Source: Bdellovibrionia bacterium
GTDB lineage: Bacteria > Bdellovibrionota > UBA1018
DNA length: 47,121 nucleotides
Direction of reading: 5' to 3'
Assembly (NCBI GenBank): GCA_045805065.1
Contig: JBJMMA010000185.1
Coordinates: 1-47,121 of the forward strand
Part shown: one piece after another, positions 1-8,987 of the stretch
How positions within the stretch are numbered: the stretch's first letter is position 1
Layout of the letters: each line of letters begins with the position of its first letter
Position numbers and translations under genes: made by a program
Notes under the pieces: generated by a model
The model's database searches: none
Told to the model about the DNA's origin: nothing
What the model saw: only the letters and a program-made list of their open reading frames with translations

Positions 1-65
1 TCAGGATCCGGAACAGAACTTTTCAAAAGTAACTCACACTACTCTACAAGCGATGCTTTGGCATT

Positions 66-500
66 GGTCGCCGTGGCGACCGTTTTCCGGCAAGGTTTGC
101 CTAGTGGTGCCGGGTTTTTGACGCTGATTTTGGTCGCCGTGGCGACCGATCTTTTGTTTTGGGTTCGCTTTTGGGCTGAGATCGACTCTTTTTTGCTCTA
201 TTTCGGGCTTGTTTTGGTCGCCGTGGCGACCGTTTTCGGTGCTTCTCTGGGGCTTAAATGCACGCTTTGCACTTTCATTTGATCGCCGTGGCGACCGATT
301 TCGCATTTATTTAAGTCTCTGATGCGTAACCTGCGCTTCAAAATGGTCGCGGCGGCGACCACTCAAAGCATCTTTATGGGCTCAAATGTGGCGTGAATCG
401 GTTCGTTTTGATCGCCGTGGCGACCGAAAACACGCATTTAAGGGCGTGTTGAAGGCCCAAAACTTACGTTTTTCGCTTCGAAATGATCGCCGTGGCGACC
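66..500. repeat. Array of seven 16-bp palindromic repeats G(G/A)TCGCCGTGGCGACC with 48-68 bp T-rich spacers
   Basis: Copies at 66-81, 132-147, 216-231, 281-296, 345-360 (GGTCGCGGCGGCGACC variant), 410-425 and 485-500. Each is a 7-2-7 inverted repeat. Start-to-start periods are 66, 84, 65, 64, 65, 75. Confidence 0.95.
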
Positions 501-501
501 G

Positions 502-1296
502 TTAGCTGCTGGCGCTTTGATAGCGTTTGAGGCCTTTTCGCCAAAAAACGACGTTGAAAACGTAGAATGCGGCAAGTACTGCGGCGATTAATACGTATTC
601 TTTTGGCTCAAGTCCCTTCAAAAGGGCACGCGCTGGAACGCTTCCGATGAATGCAAAGGGCAGTGCTGTGAGGATTAAATAGCGAATTGCTTGGGGGTAG
701 AGCGCGTCAGGCTTGGTCGCAAATGCGAAGAACTGATAGTAGAGACGCGATAGAGCCCAGCTTCTCTCGGTCCAAAAGATCCAAACAGAGAAGGCAAAGC
801 GAAGCAAAATGGCAGTGAGAAGGCCTACCAAAAGCCAAAATCCGAATGCTAGCCAGTGCCATCCGCCTGCAAATCCTGCGGGACCTGCGTAGGTAATCGT
901 GATCCCAAGACCCAAAAAGAAGTTAAAGGACGCCGTAATGGCGATCCAGCGCGTGAGCGAGAGGAAGAGCGGGCTCACGGGTTTAGTGAGCAGAATGTCG
1001 AGCTCGCCCTTGTTCACAAGGTCTGAGAAGTTCCAGAAGTTGCGCTGAAAGAGCATCGTAAAGAGCGCGTCGGATGAGAAGAACACGCCCAAAAAGAAGT
1101 AAACCTGGGGTTTGGTCCAGCCTGCGAGGTTTGGAACGTTGGCGTAAATGACGTTAAAGAGACTGACCTCAACGCCAATCCAGATGATGTCGGTCATTAC
1201 GGAAGTCAGGAAGTTGGTGCGATAGACGGCTTCGCGAACCCAATTGTTCTTCAGTTGAACGCGGTAGATCTCAAGATATTGAAGAAACTTTTTCAT
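502..1296 (-). CDS. ABC-2 family permease (DUF990/ABC2_membrane_6 type)
   Basis: About 6 TM segments, 'GELDILLTKP' motif, C-terminal 'GLKRYQSASS'; operon with ATPase. Confidence 0.9.
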   Translation of the reverse strand: MKKFLQYLEIYRVQLKNNWVREAVYRTNFLTSVMTDIIWIGVEVSLFNVIYANVPNLAGWTKPQVYFFLGVFFSSDALFTMLFQRNFWNFSDLVNKGELDILLTKPVSPLFLSLTRWIAITASFNFFLGLGITITYAGPAGFAGGWHWLAFGFWLLVGLLTAILLRFAFSVWIFWTERSWALSRLYYQFFAFATKPDALYPQAIRYLILTALPFAFIGSVPARALLKGLEPKEYVLIAAVLAAFYVFNVVFWRKGLKRYQSASS

Positions 1297-1300
1297 AAGT

Positions 1301-2092
1301 TCAGCTTCCCAAGCTCAGATAACGACGGGTTCCAAGTCCCCAAGTCACACGAATCAGAGTCCAACCGACACAGAGCCAGAGCGCGGCAATGCCCAACTGC
1401 TGAGCGAACTCGATATTGCTCCAGCGTCCCAAAGCGTATTGGGTAGGACCAAAGACGTAGAGGTAGAACGGCGTCGATTTCCAGATCCAAGCCATGCGCT
1501 CAGGGAAGAGAGAAAGCGGAACCAATTCCCCGGAGAGAAGACTTACGATCATGTTTTTGACCATCAGGATGCTGTAGGCCTCTTCCCAAACAAAAGCGGA
1601 GGCTGCGAGCGCCACGCTGATTTGGTAGTGAATGATGTTGCCGACTAAGGCCAAGAACATCGCTCCGATCATCCGGCCCGGATGAACTCCAAACCAGTAG
1701 CCTGCGACCAAGCCCACCGCAAGGCTTGCCGTTGCGATGAAAAGCTTCGGGGCAACGCCACGGAGATAGACAAACTCGACCACGCCAACGGGACGTAGAA
1801 GATAGTTACTGAGCTGACCCGAGCGGATCATCTCGGCCAATTCAAAGTCATGGTCCCCGCCGCGGATCTGAGTAAACAAGAGACTGGTCAGCGTGTACTG
1901 AATCATCTGCGTGTAGTTCAGGCCCGCAACGGTTTGATTGCCGCCCAAAACAAACATGGCGTACCAAAGAATCCATTGAATGGCGGCAGGGACAAACGCC
2001 GCGCCTAGGACTTCAAACGCAAACTCCCAACGATAGGCAGTCGCGTCCTGAAGACCGTTCTTCAGAGTGGCGATTCTCCAAGCAAGCTTCAC
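1301..2092 (-). CDS. ABC-2 family permease (DUF990 type)
   Basis: 'IRSGQLSNYLLRPV', 'LSGELVPLSLFP', multiple TM segments; 4-bp overlap with the ATPase gene. Confidence 0.9.
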   Translation of the reverse strand: MKLAWRIATLKNGLQDATAYRWEFAFEVLGAAFVPAAIQWILWYAMFVLGGNQTVAGLNYTQMIQYTLTSLLFTQIRGGDHDFELAEMIRSGQLSNYLLRPVGVVEFVYLRGVAPKLFIATASLAVGLVAGYWFGVHPGRMIGAMFLALVGNIIHYQISVALAASAFVWEEAYSILMVKNMIVSLLSGELVPLSLFPERMAWIWKSTPFYLYVFGPTQYALGRWSNIEFAQQLGIAALWLCVGWTLIRVTWGLGTRRYLSLGS

Positions 2093-3162
2093 GACGTGAC
2101 TCCTGAAGTTGTGCCGGGGCGTGCGCCCGAGATATCGCCGTCGGTGTAGAGACGTTGAATGACGGCTTCCAGGCTTTGCTCTTCAACCCCCATGTCGATG
2201 ATCGTGTACTTCTTCATCAGGGCTTGAAGGAGAGGAACGATCTGCTCCTGCCGGATATTGAAATGGATCGGATGGCTCTCGTCTTCTTCGCCTTCCCCTT
2301 CATTGACCGTCTGGGTAGAGATCGCTTGAAGCGGGATGCCGGTGTCTTGAGCGAGTTGCTCAAGGGTTGGGGTTTCCATCAGGCGAACACGAAACACGCG
2401 TTCGTTCTCGCGGGTCAGTCCCGTCGGCTTGCCATCATAGATGAGCTCGCCAGAGCGCATGATGAGAACACGAGAGCAGAGGCGCTCAATGTCTTCCATG
2501 TTGTGGCTGGTGAGAATGATCGTGGCCTTCTCGCGTTGGTTGAAGACTTTCAAAAACTCGCGAAGCTTGTGAGCTGCAAGAACGTCGAGACCAATGGTTG
2601 GCTCATCGAGGAAGATGACGCTTGGCCAATGGAGAATGGCGCCAATGAGCTCCATCTTCATGCGCTCGCCTAAAGACAAGCGGCGGATCTGAGTCTGAAG
2701 ATGGCGCTGCACGTCGAGAAGCTCGGCCAAAGTATGGAGCCTCTCCTTATACTTGTTCATCGGGATCTCATAGATCGCGCGGATCAGATCAAAGGCATCG
2801 ATCGCAGGAAGATCCCACCAGAGCTGAGCCTTTTGCCCCATGACGAGCGAGATCTTTTGCCGGAAATCCAGAGGACGCTTGAAAGGCTCATATCCCAAAA
2901 CGCGGGCCTCTCCGGACGTTGGAGGAATCAGACCCGAGAGCATTTTGAGCAAGGTCGTTTTGCCCGCGCCATTCGCACCGATCAGACCGGTGAAGGATCC
3001 GGCTTCGATCGTGAAGCTCACGTTCTTGACGGCATCGTGGGTTGAGTACTGAGGATTCAGAACCAGTCCCAGGGATCCACGCCAGCCTTCCTCTTTCTTC
3101 AAGGAACGGAACGAGCGATTGATGTTTTTGACTTCGATGATAGGTGGACGAGTCGTGTTCAT
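2089..3162 (-). CDS. ABC exporter ATP-binding protein
   Basis: Walker A GANGAGKTT, signature LSLGE, Walker B IFLDEPT, H-loop TSH. Confidence 0.95.
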   Translation of the reverse strand: MNTTRPPIIEVKNINRSFRSLKKEEGWRGSLGLVLNPQYSTHDAVKNVSFTIEAGSFTGLIGANGAGKTTLLKMLSGLIPPTSGEARVLGYEPFKRPLDFRQKISLVMGQKAQLWWDLPAIDAFDLIRAIYEIPMNKYKERLHTLAELLDVQRHLQTQIRRLSLGERMKMELIGAILHWPSVIFLDEPTIGLDVLAAHKLREFLKVFNQREKATIILTSHNMEDIERLCSRVLIMRSGELIYDGKPTGLTRENERVFRVRLMETPTLEQLAQDTGIPLQAISTQTVNEGEGEEDESHPIHFNIRQEQIVPLLQALMKKYTIIDMGVEEQSLEAVIQRLYTDGDISGARPGTTSGVTS

Positions 3163-3172
3163 TTTCAGTGTC

Positions 3173-4207
3173 TCAGAGTTTTCGGCGGGTACCGGTCGAG
3201 GACTTGAAAGTCAGGCCTTCGACATAAGCGTTGTAACGAGTGACGATGGTTTTGTTCTCGCCAAGACCATCTGCTGCAAGCGCAGCTTCGACAAATGAAG
3301 TCTCCACCGGGAAAGCCGTAATGAGTTGGGCAGGCACCAAGTGCTGCTTCTTTCTCTCGGCTCTGTTGTCAGCGATGGAATAGATCAGCCAATGCGTGTT
3401 GGTGTCCCCTTCGACCTTGTGAGGGAAAGGAACGAAGTCGGTGCGGATGATCACATCACCCGTCTCGGTATGAACCGTCTCCTCCAGGCGCATCGACTTC
3501 AACGAATCAAAGTCGTAGGTCACAAGAGTTGGGCTGACCGCACGCGAAGCGCTGCGCGTGAGAGTCTTCAAGATGGAAGGCTCGTTCTTGAAGGCGATCC
3601 GTCCGGCAAAGTAAGTCGCGTTTGAGAAAAGTGATCCCGCTTTTGGAAGCGGGCTCAAGGTTCCGATTGGAAGCCCAAAGCCACGATCCAAAGTGTCGCG
3701 CACCCAGCGAGCCCGCTTGTAACCAAACGAGGTCTTCAAGTTGCTGAAGAGGTAGCCATAGGTGTGTTGGACGCCAGCGTGAAGAATCTCACGATTGTTC
3801 ACCATGAAAGGTTTGCCAGCAGGTGGAGCAAAGAACTCGACCAATGGGTCAATCAGGGTTGGTGAGACAATGATTCCGCGAGCAAGCTCATCGAAGTTGA
3901 TGCAGTAGCCCCAGAGCTCAAGCCAGTCCTTGCGGCGAGAATCCGCCTTCATCTGGGAGTAAAGTACCGGCTGCTCTTTCTGCAGAGCTTTGATGACTGA
4001 TCCGTTTTGAGACGCTACGGACTCCAAATCCCGAGCCAGTCCCGCCCAGGGACAATCCTCTGGCTTTTCACCTTGGCCTTCATCAGGACAAGTTGAGGAA
4101 GCATAAGTCTTGGCCGATGGGCTAACCCATGAGGCCAAAGAGAGAAGAGTGGAGGCGATCAGGGCTCCGAGCAGGAAGCTCGAATAGGTCTTCAGACGTG
4201 TGCTCAT
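3173..4207 (-). CDS. Hypothetical exported protein
   Basis: Long ORF with a hydrophobic signal-like N-terminus from MSTRLK (ATG 4207); co-oriented upstream of the ABC operon. Confidence 0.75.
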   Translation of the reverse strand: MSTRLKTYSSFLLGALIASTLLSLASWVSPSAKTYASSTCPDEGQGEKPEDCPWAGLARDLESVASQNGSVIKALQKEQPVLYSQMKADSRRKDWLELWGYCINFDELARGIIVSPTLIDPLVEFFAPPAGKPFMVNNREILHAGVQHTYGYLFSNLKTSFGYKRARWVRDTLDRGFGLPIGTLSPLPKAGSLFSNATYFAGRIAFKNEPSILKTLTRSASRAVSPTLVTYDFDSLKSMRLEETVHTETGDVIIRTDFVPFPHKVEGDTNTHWLIYSIADNRAERKKQHLVPAQLITAFPVETSFVEAALAADGLGENKTIVTRYNAYVEGLTFKSSTGTRRKL

Positions 4208-4242
4208 AGATGCCCCCAGCCTTACCACGGGGCGGTCGGGGC

Positions 4243-4791
4243 CTAAAAGTAGAAACGGATCCCAACCCCGCCCTGAACAAAACCATAAGTGGCGGGAATC
4301 ACACCCACTCCGGGGGCGATCTCAGCAAAGACCCCTAAGGGGACGGTTACCGGGCGCCATTCGACGCCTAATGGGATCCTGATGCCAAATCCGGCCGAAC
4401 CCTGGTCGGATCTAAAGTAGGTACGGTCCTTATTTCCGGTATCCTGGGTTTGGATGAAGATTTCCGCGCCAACGCCGACGTAAGGATTCAGCGCGCTGAC
4501 AAATTCGTTCGTCTGACCGAATGCTCCAGGGAAGTGGTAGAGGTAATCGGCAAAGACCAGAAAATAGTCGCTGAACGAATACGACAGAGTCGTATCGACT
4601 GCCGACCTCCGATCGATCCAGTACTTCCCGGTAATACCGGTCGGCTCACCCAAAACGACCCCGAGCCCAAATGGGCGGCTTGTCTCTGGGCTGCCCGCAT
4701 GGGCCGTCTTCAACTTGGCGAAGCCGGAGTTGGGAAGGGCACAAGTCAGGCCGATCAAAAGAACACAGGTCGTTGAGAATTGAGTCTGCAT
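4243..4791 (-). CDS. Small outer-membrane beta-barrel protein (DUF3996-like)
   Basis: AAGGAGA RBS before ATG 4791, signal peptide, 'FGLGVVLGEPTGITGKYW', C-terminal 'GIRFYF'. Confidence 0.8.
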   Translation of the reverse strand: MQTQFSTTCVLLIGLTCALPNSGFAKLKTAHAGSPETSRPFGLGVVLGEPTGITGKYWIDRRSAVDTTLSYSFSDYFLVFADYLYHFPGAFGQTNEFVSALNPYVGVGAEIFIQTQDTGNKDRTYFRSDQGSAGFGIRIPLGVEWRPVTVPLGVFAEIAPGVGVIPATYGFVQGGVGIRFYF

Positions 4792-4868
4792 AGGAAGTCT
4801 CCTTTTCAATGTCGGGGCCACCTCGAGGAACGTCGTTTGCACTTCCGGGGTCTATCGGAGACATTCCC

Positions 4869-5147
4869 ATGCACATCAGATTGCTTTCTCTTGCGCTCGT
4901 CGTCGCGTTGACGGGCTTGGCTTCGCTTGGAACTTCTTGCAACCGTGCGCGCGAAGAGTCGCATGATCGTCCGGGGAGCGCTCCTCAAGTGGCGCAAACT
5001 CCCGGCTTAACGCTGGCCCCGACGTTTCGACCTGCGGGTGACCCCAATGTGATTGCTCCGCCTCGATACGAATCCAAAACCGCAGATCAGGGCGAGGGCG
5101 CCGGGGTTGCGGCAGGTCACACCAAAAAAGAACAAAAGATCGACTAA
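4869..5147 (+). CDS. Small putative lipoprotein
   Basis: GGAG RBS before ATG 4869; hydrophobic stretch ending LGTSC; directly upstream of the dehydrogenase. Confidence 0.6.
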   Translation: MHIRLLSLALVVALTGLASLGTSCNRAREESHDRPGSAPQVAQTPGLTLAPTFRPAGDPNVIAPPRYESKTADQGEGAGVAAGHTKKEQKID

Positions 5148-5159
5148 CAGGAGTTTCTT

Positions 5160-6386
5160 ATGAAGGCCTTGGTATTTAAGAAAACCGGCGACATTCGAGT
5201 TGAAGAGGTTGCGGATCCAAAGATTGAAAAACCAACAGACGCGATCGTGCGATTGACCGCCAGCGCAATCTGCGGAACCGACCTTCATATGATTCGCGGG
5301 ACGATGCCGGGGATGGTGCCGGGTACCATCCTGGGACATGAAGGCGTAGGCGTGATCGAAGAAGTCGGCAACGAAGTAAGAAACTTCAAGCCAGGCGATC
5401 GCGTCGTTATTTGCTCAACAATCGCCTGCGGATATTGCGAGTTCTGCCGGGATGGGTTTTACGCTCAATGTGACAATGCCAATCCGAACGGGAAAGATGC
5501 GGGCACTGCTTTTTTCGGAGGACCAAAATCCTCCGGTCCCTTCAACGGTCTTCAGGCAGAGAAAGCGCGCATCCCATTTGCCAGCGTCAACCTGGTGAAA
5601 CTTCCGGACGAGGTCACAGACGATCAAGCGATCCCAATTTCCGATATCTTTCCTACCGCCTACTTCGGAGCTGAGATGGCGGGTATTGAGCCAGGTGATA
5701 CGGTCGCGATTTTCGGGTGCGGACCCGTGGGCCAGTTCACGATCGCAAGCGCAAAGCTGATGAACGCGGGCCGAATCTTTGCCATCGATTGCATTCCATC
5801 GCGCCTGGAAATGGCAAGAGAGCAGGGCGCCGAAGTCATCAACTATAATGAAGAGGATCCGGTTGAGATGCTGAAGAAGCTGACCGGAGGAATCGGACCC
5901 GACCGCGTGATTGATTGCGTGGGTGTTGACTCCAACCATGCTGACCAGGGCCCGGCTGCAAAGGATGCCAAGAAGCTTGAGAAGGAATACAAGCTCGAGC
6001 TTGAGTACAATGCGGCCGGCGCAAATCCCAAAGGGGATAACTGGCATCCGGGCGACGCTCCATCTCAGGCATTGCGCTGGGAAGTGGAAGCTATTGCCAA
6101 GGCGGGCACTCTTTCTATCATCGGTGTATATCCAGAAACACTCATGGTCTTTCCGATTGGCAAGGCCATGAACAAGAATCTGACGATGCGAATGGGGAAC
6201 TGCAATCACCGCAAGTATATCCCTCGCCTCATCGAGCTTGTACGGACCCGGGCAATTGATCCTGCTCAGGTTTTGACGCAGCACGGACCGATTGAGTCCG
6301 CCGTTGAGGCCTACAAGGCCTTTGATACGCGCCAACAGGGCTGGATCAAGGTCAAGCTCGAGCCGCAGCAGAAGAAGGCCGCTTAG
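5160..6386 (+). CDS. Zn-dependent alcohol dehydrogenase (formaldehyde-dehydrogenase-like MDR family)
   Basis: ICGTDLH, GHEGVG, structural Zn motif CGYCEFC...C, GCGPVG nucleotide-binding motif. Confidence 0.93.
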   Translation: MKALVFKKTGDIRVEEVADPKIEKPTDAIVRLTASAICGTDLHMIRGTMPGMVPGTILGHEGVGVIEEVGNEVRNFKPGDRVVICSTIACGYCEFCRDGFYAQCDNANPNGKDAGTAFFGGPKSSGPFNGLQAEKARIPFASVNLVKLPDEVTDDQAIPISDIFPTAYFGAEMAGIEPGDTVAIFGCGPVGQFTIASAKLMNAGRIFAIDCIPSRLEMAREQGAEVINYNEEDPVEMLKKLTGGIGPDRVIDCVGVDSNHADQGPAAKDAKKLEKEYKLELEYNAAGANPKGDNWHPGDAPSQALRWEVEAIAKAGTLSIIGVYPETLMVFPIGKAMNKNLTMRMGNCNHRKYIPRLIELVRTRAIDPAQVLTQHGPIESAVEAYKAFDTRQQGWIKVKLEPQQKKAA

Positions 6387-6516
6387 AATATTTAGTTTAT
6401 TAAAATAATTAAATTAGTTGAGGATAAACCTTTGAAGAGGAGGAGCTTGAGCAACTGAAAGACTCCTTCGCCGGATGACGAGCGCTTTAAGGATATCTAA
6501 AGATCCCTAGAAAAAG

Positions 6517-6552
6517 AAAAGGCTCCCCACTTTCGCTGGGGAGCCTTTTTTA
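6517..6552. terminator. Bidirectional intrinsic terminator
   Basis: AAAAGGCTCCCCA-CTTTCGC-TGGGGAGCCTTTT with A/T tracts on both sides, between convergent genes. Confidence 0.88.
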
Positions 6553-6591
6553 TTTTGTGGATGTTTAATCTAGTGATGTTGAATCAAAAGG

Positions 6592-6798
6592 TTAAGCTGC
6601 CTTCCTTCGGCCGGATTCTTCGCCTGGAGGGGCGGCCCGCGATTCCTCTCTTTTGGGAGAGGTTCCGCTTTGACCACCCTGGATCACGCGGAAATTTTTA
6701 CTTTTCATTTTCTCGATGAGCTCCCGGTCCCGTTGATAGAACCAGAATTCTTCGGTGTCACAACCTGCCTTCTGACGTGCATCTTTGAGTACGCTCAT
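6592..6798 (-). CDS. Small hypothetical protein
   Basis: 68 aa with 'EEFWFYQRDRELIEKMK' and 'FRVIQGG...KAA' tail; ends just before the terminator. Confidence 0.65.
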   Translation of the reverse strand: MSVLKDARQKAGCDTEEFWFYQRDRELIEKMKSKNFRVIQGGQSGTSPKREESRAAPPGEESGRRKAA

Positions 6799-6925
6799 AT
6801 GTAACTACTATAACGCGTCGAGTCGTGAAATGGCAGTGTGGCAATGACGACAATTGCATCTATAAGAGCTTGATAATATTGATCATTCTTAAGTGACTTC
6901 TTTTTTCTTAAGATTGAGTTAACAA

Positions 6926-7207
6926 TTACAGAAGTGCAAGAGATGAAAGACCTAGAATGACGCCAATCCATTGTTGAGAGCTCATCGATTCTTCCAGCCA
7001 ATGGATTCCGATGGCGACTGATATCAGGGCATTGGTCACGCCAAACAAGATCACGGCTTTGCTGAGGCTCTCATACCGAAGGCTCCACGCCCAAAAGACC
7101 GCGCCACAAACATAGGCAATGACGCCGATGGGGTACTTCTCCTTCTTGAAGTAAAAATCGCCTAAGACTTCCAGAAGGCCACCCATCAGAATCAAAGCCC
7201 AGAACAT
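6926..7207 (-). CDS. Small 4-TM DMT/SMR-like membrane protein
   Basis: GAGGAG RBS before ATG 7207; TM1 contains Glu (GGLLEVLGD); C-terminal 'EESMSSQQWIGVILG'. Confidence 0.75.
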   Translation of the reverse strand: MFWALILMGGLLEVLGDFYFKKEKYPIGVIAYVCGAVFWAWSLRYESLSKAVILFGVTNALISVAIGIHWLEESMSSQQWIGVILGLSSLALL

Positions 7208-7226
7208 CTGTTTTCTTCTCCTCAGG

Positions 7227-8843
7227 CTAGCGGCGTACAAGTTGAGCAGCCCTCGAGGAGGCTAAAAGCGCCGATTCAAAACTTGGATTTGCAAAGCAAT
7301 CCTGGTTGGCAAAGAAGATACGGTTAGCGATCGGGGCGGATGCGCGGTCCAGCACTCCGGACGAGAGCAAGCCCGTGGCTGCAACCGGGATCGCGTGTCC
7401 CCAGCGAGATACACGGATGCCTGCGATATCGCCTCCGTTCATACCGATCAGAGGCAGGATCTTCATGGCTTCTGCCGCAAACATGTCGACGTGTTTTTTG
7501 TGGCTTGCCGGACTGAAGAGATACTGTCGCGCGCCCTGATAAGGATACGCTTTGTATGCGGTCAGAACAGTGGGTGAGCTGGCGGTTGGATAGGCCCAAT
7601 TCGCAAAACAGAAATCTGTGAACGCGCGATCGCTTGGATGCATGGCGGACGGATCCGCCGGTGGCTGACCTTGAAGCGAGAAGACGTCGTAAGCAGGGGG
7701 ATTAACGGGCTTCTTGAGAACTATGTTGCCCACGACATAGGCGCGATACTCGATCTGCCCGATGGCGCGAGCTTGATTTGGATCCATTCCGCGAATGACT
7801 TTTTCCGCGGTGAATTTTGGAGCCGCATAGACGCAGTTCCTGGCTTGGATCGTGCGCAGATTTCTTTGTGCGTCTTCAAAGCAGATTTGGACGCCCTGGG
7901 CGTTCGGAACGATATCAAAGACCAAAGCACCGCACTGGAGATTTGCGGGGGGAACGGATGCGCGCAGGCGCTCCAGAAGTTTTTGCGCGATCATCGAGTT
8001 TCCGCCCGGAAAAGCGACAATTCCCGCGATGTCAGCCGAGAGAAAGTTGAGTGCTTGATAAGCGGAGACTTCGGATGCCGTTGCTGCAAACGAGGACTCG
8101 CAATAAAGCTCGATGAACTCCGCAAGCAGCGGATGAACCGTTCTGAACTGACGGATCGTCCAATCCTTGAAGCTCAATCGATCCCAACCCTGCCTGTCGT
8201 TTTGATAAGGAAGCTCAGGATAACTTGATTGGTTGATCTGCTTCATCAGCGCGTAAAAAGCGCGGAACTGGTTTTCAGCGCCAGGTGCCGCTGCCCCTTC
8301 CCAGAATTTTGGTACTGGTCTGTCCTGAGAAACCACGGTTGTATCGGATTCGAGTCGGCCTGTTTGGGTCAGCCCAAGCTCAGTGAGGAGCCTGAGGGAC
8401 AGGCTTTGCGCATCAGGTACGCTCATGTAGGCCGCACCAATGGAGAACGGAGAGCCCATGAAAACTTCGCCCTTCGAGTTTCCGCCAAAGCGCGAGGCTT
8501 GCTCCAGGAGCACGGGCTTTTTATCGCGAAGAAGATAGGCCGAAATCAGGCCCGACATGCCGCCGCCCACGACCACGGTTTCAGCAAAAAGGCTTGGAGC
8601 AGGGATACCTCCACGTCTTTGAATATAGTTGTCCTTGTCCCAGAGAATTTCGTGAGCCCGGTCTGATTCATCTCCTGTGAAATCCGGAGTGGAGGCGGAG
8701 CGAGCCTCAACGATAGGAGAGTAGTTCTGTGCTGCGGCCAGTGCCGAAAGGCTCGCTAGACTTTTCAGGGGGAAGAAGTGCGATGCGGTCAGGGACATAA
8801 GGGAGTGGCGAATAAACTCACGGCGATTCACAGGAAGTTGCAT
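7227..8843 (-). CDS. Tat-exported FAD-dependent amine-oxidase-family oxidoreductase
   Basis: Twin-arginine NRREFI, Rossmann VVGGGMSGL, 'LLEQASRFGG', 'RWGHA'; start taken at ATG 8843. Confidence 0.85.
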   Translation of the reverse strand: MQLPVNRREFIRHSLMSLTASHFFPLKSLASLSALAAAQNYSPIVEARSASTPDFTGDESDRAHEILWDKDNYIQRRGGIPAPSLFAETVVVGGGMSGLISAYLLRDKKPVLLEQASRFGGNSKGEVFMGSPFSIGAAYMSVPDAQSLSLRLLTELGLTQTGRLESDTTVVSQDRPVPKFWEGAAAPGAENQFRAFYALMKQINQSSYPELPYQNDRQGWDRLSFKDWTIRQFRTVHPLLAEFIELYCESSFAATASEVSAYQALNFLSADIAGIVAFPGGNSMIAQKLLERLRASVPPANLQCGALVFDIVPNAQGVQICFEDAQRNLRTIQARNCVYAAPKFTAEKVIRGMDPNQARAIGQIEYRAYVVGNIVLKKPVNPPAYDVFSLQGQPPADPSAMHPSDRAFTDFCFANWAYPTASSPTVLTAYKAYPYQGARQYLFSPASHKKHVDMFAAEAMKILPLIGMNGGDIAGIRVSRWGHAIPVAATGLLSSGVLDRASAPIANRIFFANQDCFANPSFESALLASSRAAQLVRR

Positions 8844-8877
8844 GGGGGGACGATTACCGTGAGATGTTCCAAAAAAC

Positions 8878-8899
8878 AATAATGAGAATCATTCTCATT
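8878..8899. promoter_or_regulatory. Fur-box-like operator
   Basis: AATAATGAGAATCATTCTC matches 16/19 of GATAATGATAATCATTATC; 8881-8899 is a perfect 9-1-9 palindrome in a divergent intergenic region. Confidence 0.75.
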
Positions 8900-8987
8900 T
8901 AAATCTTTTGATTCAAATCGATCTTAAAAATTGGTACTCAAACGTAAAGATTTCAGCTCAATCAGAATAATTTAGCGATCCGCATCC

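Noticed and set aside
34..306. ORFs 34..306 (-) and 58..282 (+) with RHGDQ / VAVAT peptide repeats
   Set aside because: By-products of the DNA palindromes. Periods of 65, 64 and 65 are not multiples of three, so the array is not maintained as coding sequence.
66..500. CRISPR array
   Set aside because: Repeats are only 16 bp (about 21 with flanks), spacers vary from 48 to 68 bp and resemble each other, and no cas genes are in the window. Not fully excluded because the left flank is unseen.
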